DNA from: a virus
Taxonomy: Duplodnaviria; Caudoviricetes
Direction: 5' to 3' (one strand)
Virus record (IMG/VR): IMGVR_UViG_3300028585_000047
Location: 1-37,742 of that record
DNA: 37,742 bases
The first letter of the stretch is position 1, and every line of letters begins with the position of its first letter. The notes below the pieces were generated by a model. It made no database searches and was not told the DNA's origin. It saw only the letters and a list, made by a program, of their open reading frames with translations. Below, piece after piece: positions 33,092-37,742 of the stretch. A program made the position numbers and the translations under genes.

Positions 33092-33838
33092 ATGAGCGCA
33101 ACCAGCAAGAAAGCAGGACCAGCAGCCGACAACGGCGCCCTCAAACGTGACAAGAACGGATACGGCGCGCTGCCGGCATTCGCGGACTTCGCCCTGCCTG
33201 ACGAAGAGCTCGCACCAGGTGCAGTGGTCGACGGCAGTGAAATCGCAGTGCTCCGCCTGGTCGACGACACGAAGGCCCCGGAGATCGGCGCCGCCTGGGT
33301 GGGCGGCAATGATGACGTCAGCTCTTGGGCCCCGACGCCGCCAGAGGGCGACAACTGGCGCCTGGTCGCCGTGGCCGAACACGATGAGGGGCCATTCGCA
33401 GTGTTCGCTCGCCCGGGTGTGCACGGTGTCATCGATGGCAAGGCCTACGCCCAAGAATTCCTGCTGGGCTCGATGATCAAAGCCGCGACCAAGCACATGA
33501 AGACGCTGCCGAAGCCGTGGATCGATCTGAAAGAAGCGGAGCAAAAGCGCGTGCTGGCCACCGTGCAGCAGGACTGCCGCGCCGCGGTGCGCGACGCGAT
33601 TGACATCATCGCCAGCAACGCGCGCGTCACGTTCCCGGCAGCGGTCGACCAGGTCGTGTTCAAGGATGGTGTGAAGTGCGTGCTGACGCTGGCCAAGGGT
33701 GATTGGGCGCACAACCTCGCCGACGCCGAAGGCGGCTTCGTGACGATCGTGATCGAAGAGCGCTCGAAGCTACTGGACGAGGGTGACTCGCTGGCTGTCG
33801 AAAAGGATCAGAAGTCCCTGCTGGCCGAGGAGACCTGA
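33092..33838 (+). CDS. Two-domain hypothetical phage protein (248 aa)
   Basis: SD AGGAG; N-domain RDKNGY...WAPTPPEGDNWRL...EGP; C-domain KPWIDL...QVVFKDGVK. Confidence 0.75.
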   Translation: MSATSKKAGPAADNGALKRDKNGYGALPAFADFALPDEELAPGAVVDGSEIAVLRLVDDTKAPEIGAAWVGGNDDVSSWAPTPPEGDNWRLVAVAEHDEGPFAVFARPGVHGVIDGKAYAQEFLLGSMIKAATKHMKTLPKPWIDLKEAEQKRVLATVQQDCRAAVRDAIDIIASNARVTFPAAVDQVVFKDGVKCVLTLAKGDWAHNLADAEGGFVTIVIEERSKLLDEGDSLAVEKDQKSLLAEET

Positions 33839-33840
33839 CG

Positions 33841-34038
33841 ATGACGGCCTGGACCGATACCGCGACCGCACTGCCTGATGCCGACACCCTGGTGCTGCTC
33901 GCGCTGAACGATGACGACGTGTGGCCAGGCTTCCTCGATGGCGACACGTGGCGCTATGTTGACGCCACGCCCATTGCGATCGAGCGCGTGACTCATTGGA
34001 TGCCGCTGCCGGCGCCGCCGGCGGGAGCTGCAGCATGA
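33841..34038 (+). CDS. DUF551 family protein
   Basis: W...LPD...VL and C-terminal VTHWMPLPAPP signature. Confidence 0.85.
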   Translation: MTAWTDTATALPDADTLVLLALNDDDVWPGFLDGDTWRYVDATPIAIERVTHWMPLPAPPAGAAA

Positions 34039-34232
34039 AACTGCAGATCAAGGACTCTGGCGCCTGGCGCAACGTGCTGTCGTTCGATGCAGGACGTGCG
34101 GCCGAGGTGGAGCAGGCCGCTGCCGCGCTACTGCGCGCCGCCGGCGGACTCGGGACATCGATGCGCACGGTCGACGGCGACCTGGTGCATGCGTATTGCG
34201 AGCAGCCGGCTTGCGAGTGGAGGGTGCGGTGA
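34035..34232 (+). CDS. Hypothetical protein (65 aa, MKLQIKDSGAWRNVL...)
   Basis: ATGA coupling to the upstream gene. Confidence 0.65.
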   Translation: MKLQIKDSGAWRNVLSFDAGRAAEVEQAAAALLRAAGGLGTSMRTVDGDLVHAYCEQPACEWRVR

Positions 34233-34462
34233 GTCAGCAGCTGGGGCTGTTCGATGCGCCGCCGGCGCCAGCGGTGCGGCCGGTACGCCCGTCTGAGCTG
34301 CCCGTCGCGAAAACCGGCGGCCGGCCGGAAGTTCGGTATCGCCACCCGGACAACCCCGGAATGGCATGGACCGGCCGGGGCAAGCCGCCGCGCTGGATCA
34401 CTGATTGGGTCCAGGGCGGCAAGTCGATCGAGGCGCTGCAGTTACCAGGGGCGCGGCCATGA
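34229..34462 (+). CDS. H-NS C-terminal DNA-binding domain protein (truncated H-NS, 77 aa)
   Basis: YRHPDNPGMAWTGRGKPPRW matches the H-NS core motif; GTG start with SD GGAGG and GTGA coupling. Confidence 0.85.
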   Translation: MSQQLGLFDAPPAPAVRPVRPSELPVAKTGGRPEVRYRHPDNPGMAWTGRGKPPRWITDWVQGGKSIEALQLPGARP

Positions 34463-35157
34463 CGGCATCAAAGGGGAAGAACCTGCCGAAAGCGGATTGG
34501 AACGAAGATCGCCTCGACGTGCTGCAAAGCTTCTACGCCGACTTCAAGACCGAGGACGTTGCCTTCATGCTCGGACTGCGCGTCGGCCAGGTGTACGCCA
34601 AGGCGAAGCAGATGGGGTTGGCCAAGTCGGAAAAGTTCCTGGCCAGCCCCGCGGCCTGCCGGCTGCGTCGTGGTGACAACGTCGGCGCCGAGAACCGTTT
34701 CCAGAAGGGGCACACGTCCTGGAACAAGGGTGTGAGGGGCGTGGCCGGCGTGCAGGAGGCGTGTCGCGCGACTCAGTTCAAGCCCGGGCAATCGCCGGTG
34801 AACACGCTACCGATCGGCAGCACAAAGTTCGACAAGAGCGGTGTGCTGCTGCAGAAGGTAACGAATGACCCAGGCAATAACAGCAAGCGCTGGCGCGCGG
34901 TGCACGAGCTGGTGTGGGTGGCTACGAACGGGCCGCTGCCGGCGAAACACATCGTCGTGTTCAAGCCAGGCATGCGCACCAACGTGCTCGAGGAGATCAC
35001 GCTCGACAAGGTCGAGTGCATCAGCCTGGCCGAAAACATGAAGCGAAACACGCGGCACAACCTGCCGCCCGAGTTAAATGAGGTAGTGCATCTGCGCGCA
35101 GTGCTCACCCGACAAATCAACAAGAGGATGAAAAATCATGGCCAAGAAAAATATTGA
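34459..35157 (+). CDS. HNH-like endonuclease family protein (232 aa)
   Basis: RFQKGHTSWNKG / QFKPGQSPVN repeats; VHELVWVATNGPLP...ENMKRN; start at 34459. Confidence 0.75.
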   Translation: MTASKGKNLPKADWNEDRLDVLQSFYADFKTEDVAFMLGLRVGQVYAKAKQMGLAKSEKFLASPAACRLRRGDNVGAENRFQKGHTSWNKGVRGVAGVQEACRATQFKPGQSPVNTLPIGSTKFDKSGVLLQKVTNDPGNNSKRWRAVHELVWVATNGPLPAKHIVVFKPGMRTNVLEEITLDKVECISLAENMKRNTRHNLPPELNEVVHLRAVLTRQINKRMKNHGQEKY

Positions 35158-35386
35158 CGACCTGCGCGATTTGCTTTTCGAGACGATCGAGGCGGTCAAG
35201 GGCGGCACGATCGATATTGAGAAGGCGAAGGTGATCGGCACGCTGTCCCAGGTGATGGTGAACTCGGCCGCGGTCGAGGTGAAGCACGCGCAGGTCACTG
35301 GGCAGAAGGGCAGCAACTTCCTCGACAGGATCGAAGAGCTGCCGCCGGGGATCACGGGTGTCCGCCAGCACAGAATGGCCGGGTGA
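35138..35386 (+). CDS. Small conserved partner of the HNH-like gene (82 aa)
   Basis: NIDDLRDLLFETIEAV...EKAKVI...VNSAAVEV; overlaps the HNH 3' end. Confidence 0.75.
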   Translation: MAKKNIDDLRDLLFETIEAVKGGTIDIEKAKVIGTLSQVMVNSAAVEVKHAQVTGQKGSNFLDRIEELPPGITGVRQHRMAG

Positions 35387-35397
35387 GAGGATGACTT

Positions 35398-36081
35398 TTA
35401 CCGATCGGGCCTGGATCGCTCTATCATCGCTCGCCGGGAGACTGCGAAACCGTCGTCTATGCCAGCCCGCAAGAGGAATGCCAAGCATTCTTCACGCGTG
35501 CCCTTCAAGTGCTGCATTGTCACATCGATTCGATCAATGAGGGCAGTTTTCAAAGAGTGGTTTTGCTGCGGGTTCGACGCGGCCGGGCCACCACGCTCGA
35601 CTTGCTTCAGTCGCCCCATGATGGACGAAACTTCGGCGTGCGCCAGACCCAAACGGACAACAAGCCCTCGACCGATGGGAAGAAGTGCCCCCAAGTCGGA
35701 ATGCGTCCATGTGTCCACCCTCGCAAGAACCGCTACGCACCGGCTGCAGTTGATGACGCTTCCGAAATCTCTATTGATATCGAGTTCGCGTTCGAGTTCT
35801 TTCAGCGCTTGTACTAGTTCTGGAATGCGAATGGAAAAAGATGCCGCCGTGATCAGTGCCAAGTCATGCTCCGCGCGTTCTCTGCGCCGGGTTTCGGTAC
35901 GCGCCAAGTAGATAGTTCCAAATAGAGCGGCAGCGGTTCCAATCGCACCGACCCAAGTACCCCAGTCTGATTTGCTGAGGTCATATTCAATGCCGAGTGT
36001 AACAAGGGCCGAAGTGGTTACAAAGCCAAGAAGGGTTAGGAGGAAGGGGCGATAGTTCAGCCAACGCAATAAAGTTTTCAT
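35398..36081 (-). CDS. Moron: membrane protein with two N-terminal TM helices (227 aa), probably leaderless
   Basis: Lower GC; antisense to the pL operon; TGC-TAAGAT-N6-ATG upstream; WGTWVGAIGTAAALFGTIYLA TM segment. Confidence 0.75.
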   Translation of the reverse strand: MKTLLRWLNYRPFLLTLLGFVTTSALVTLGIEYDLSKSDWGTWVGAIGTAAALFGTIYLARTETRRRERAEHDLALITAASFSIRIPELVQALKELERELDINRDFGSVINCSRCVAVLARVDTWTHSDLGALLPIGRGLVVRLGLAHAEVSSIMGRLKQVERGGPAASNPQQNHSLKTALIDRIDVTMQHLKGTREECLAFLLRAGIDDGFAVSRRAMIERSRPDR

Positions 36082-36161
36082 CCAGAAATCTTAGCATGAG
36101 ACTAATTTATGATTAAACCAAATGACTCTTTTACTTGTCGTGAGTCGGAGAGGAGCGATCT

Positions 36162-36380
36162 ATGGAAGATTTGACGTTGTCAAACGACGAAATCTACGCG
36201 ATCACGCATTACAAGCTTCCCAAGAAGCAGCTCGCGGCACTGCAGGCGATGGGAATCCCCGCGCAGCTGCGCCGGATCGACAACACTGTCTGCGTGCTGC
36301 GGGCGTACGTGAGAAACCCGAGCGGCGCGCCGGCGCCGGCAAGCGCACCAGGACCGAAAAGGAAATCAGCAAGGCAATGA
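36162..36380 (+). CDS. xis: Excisionase-like protein (DUF4224-like)
   Basis: LTLSNDEIYAITHYK..KQLAALQAMGIP; SD GAGGAG; ATGA overlap with int. Confidence 0.75.
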   Translation: MEDLTLSNDEIYAITHYKLPKKQLAALQAMGIPAQLRRIDNTVCVLRAYVRNPSGAPAPASAPGPKRKSARQ

Positions 36381-37498
36381 ACAGGCAGCGCAAGACGAAC
36401 CGCGGGCTCCCGCGCCGGGTGTACATCAAGTTCAACGCGTATTACTACGTGGCGCCGGAGAAGATCCGCGACCCGCAGACGAAGGAATTGAAAACGTGGG
36501 TGCGCCTGTGCTCGGTGGAAGACGGCGAGGTGGCGATGCTCAACCGCCTGGCCGAACTTCTCGGCAGCAAGGCCCATGTCCAGGGCACGGTTCAGCACCT
36601 ATGCACGGAGTTCAAGCTGCACAAGCTGGCCAAGTACGGGAAAGAGACCCAGGAGCAGTACACGCGCTTCCTGGACGTCATCGCCGACGAGTTCGACGCC
36701 TTCCTGGTGGTCGAGGTCACGACCAAGGAATTCGCTGATTTCCTGCGTGATAAGTTCGCCGACAAGCCGAACACGGCGCGCAAGTATGGCGGCCTGGCCA
36801 GCAAGCTGTTTCGCTACGCTGTGTCAGGCCTTGGCCTGCGCCAGGATAACCCGATCGACCAGCTAGACCTGAGCGACTTCGAGACGCAGCGGCGCACCGT
36901 GCTGATCACGCACGACCAGGTGCAGCGGATCCGCGCGGCCGGCATGCGGAGCAAGGCGCGCAAGGACACCGGCAAGAGCATCCCGACCGCGAGCGGCCCC
37001 ATGTTTGCCTGCATCATCGACATGGCCTATCTGCTGTGGGCGCGCGCGATCGACATTCGAACGCTGAAGGAATCGCAGATCGAGGCCGGGTTCATTCGCC
37101 TGGCGCCGAGCAAGACGAAGAAGAGCAGCGGGAAGGTGGTCGACATCGAGGTTACTGCCGCTATTCAAGATGTGCTGGACCGCGCACGTGCCATCAAGAA
37201 GGGCTACGAGATCATCTCGCCCTACCTGTTCCCGAGTCAGAAGGGAACGCCGTACGCCAAGACGGGATTGATTTCGATGTGGGATAGGGCGAGGGAGCGC
37301 GCCGGCATCACTGACGATGTGACGTTCAAGGATCTGCGCGCATTGGGCGCCACGGATGCCGCGAGGGCAGGGAAGCAGATGGGAGATATCCAGACACGCC
37401 TGGCGCACACGTCGCGCAAGACCAGCGAGATTTACATCAAGGAAGCGATTCCGGACGTGTCGGCAATCGATATAAAATTGCCCTGGGATTCCATCTAA
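36377..37498 (+). CDS. int: Tyrosine recombinase/phage integrase (373 aa)
   Basis: Catalytic R (ARAIDI), K (SKT), KDLR (at the HxxR position), LAHT and IYIK; adjacent to att. Confidence 0.93.
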   Translation: MNRQRKTNRGLPRRVYIKFNAYYYVAPEKIRDPQTKELKTWVRLCSVEDGEVAMLNRLAELLGSKAHVQGTVQHLCTEFKLHKLAKYGKETQEQYTRFLDVIADEFDAFLVVEVTTKEFADFLRDKFADKPNTARKYGGLASKLFRYAVSGLGLRQDNPIDQLDLSDFETQRRTVLITHDQVQRIRAAGMRSKARKDTGKSIPTASGPMFACIIDMAYLLWARAIDIRTLKESQIEAGFIRLAPSKTKKSSGKVVDIEVTAAIQDVLDRARAIKKGYEIISPYLFPSQKGTPYAKTGLISMWDRARERAGITDDVTFKDLRALGATDAARAGKQMGDIQTRLAHTSRKTSEIYIKEAIPDVSAIDIKLPWDSI

Positions 37499-37615
37499 TA
37501 TCGATCGAAAAGCTCGGCGCTTGCGGGGCAAAGCAAGACGATTTCGAACAACTGTATATTAGATGACTCTGGCGGGAAGCCAGTATCCATGCGGGTTGCA
37601 GGCGTTTGCGTTCGC

Positions 37616-37663
<48 letters not shown>

Positions 37664-37680
37664 GAAATTCGTTTGAGATG

Positions 37681-37720
37681 AATGGGTTAGAGGGATTTTC
37701 CTTCTAACCCATTTTTTATT
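37681..37720 (+). terminator. Original host tRNA-Pro terminator
   Basis: AATGGGTTAGAGGG...CCTTCTAACCCATT hairpin followed by a T-run, downstream of the right att. Confidence 0.8.
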
Positions 37721-37742
37721 GCTAGCGCTGTGCATCGGTCCC

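Noticed and set aside
36122-36376. N-terminal extension of the integrase (458-aa ORF call)
   Set aside because: It overlaps the xis-like gene; the ATGA-coupled start at 36377 is more plausible. Similar over-extensions were trimmed for the endolysin, nozzle, fibre, Q, initiator, KTSC and HNH genes.
37552-37567. Possible LexA box (CTGTATAT...)
   Set aside because: The right half ACAG is missing; better explained by the arm-site-like motif. TACAGC-GTAG-GCTGTA at 408..423 has the wrong polarity for a LexA box.

Overview
Almost the whole window is one apparently complete ~37.3 kb temperate prophage (346..37663). It is integrated into the 3' half of a tRNA-Pro(GGG) gene and bounded by a perfect 48-bp direct repeat (346..393 / 37616..37663). 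The host is high-GC and probably a betaproteobacterium (Oxalobacteraceae/Massilia-like; this is inference only). The architecture is lambdoid/P22-like podovirus. Early-left operon (+ strand): RecT, YqaJ exonuclease, KTSC, a truncated H-NS, HNH, xis and int. Switch: cI/cro with repeated AGC-N3-GCT operators. Early-right operon (- strand): RHH protein, adenine methyltransferase, YdaU-like initiator, a Tad2/DUF2829 fusion, RusA and a Q-like antiterminator. Late operon (- strand): a lambda pR'-like promoter, terS/terL, portal, scaffold, capsid, short-tail proteins, three ejection proteins and a terminal lysis cassette. Most notable observations: (1) a multi-domain protein whose C-terminus is a Tad2-type anti-defence sponge fused to uncharacterised domains; (2) an unannotated 25-aa Ldr/Fst-like peptide ORF antisense to the late operon; (3) an AT-rich NYN/PIN RNase moron whose 3' end contains the -35 of the late promoter; (4) a stand-alone H-NS DNA-binding domain with a clamp-binding-like N-terminus; (5) a divergent leaderless gene pair around an FNR-like box; (6) a 10-bp arm-site-like motif repeated four times at the att ends. 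All product calls come from motif recognition and gene order; no database searches were run.
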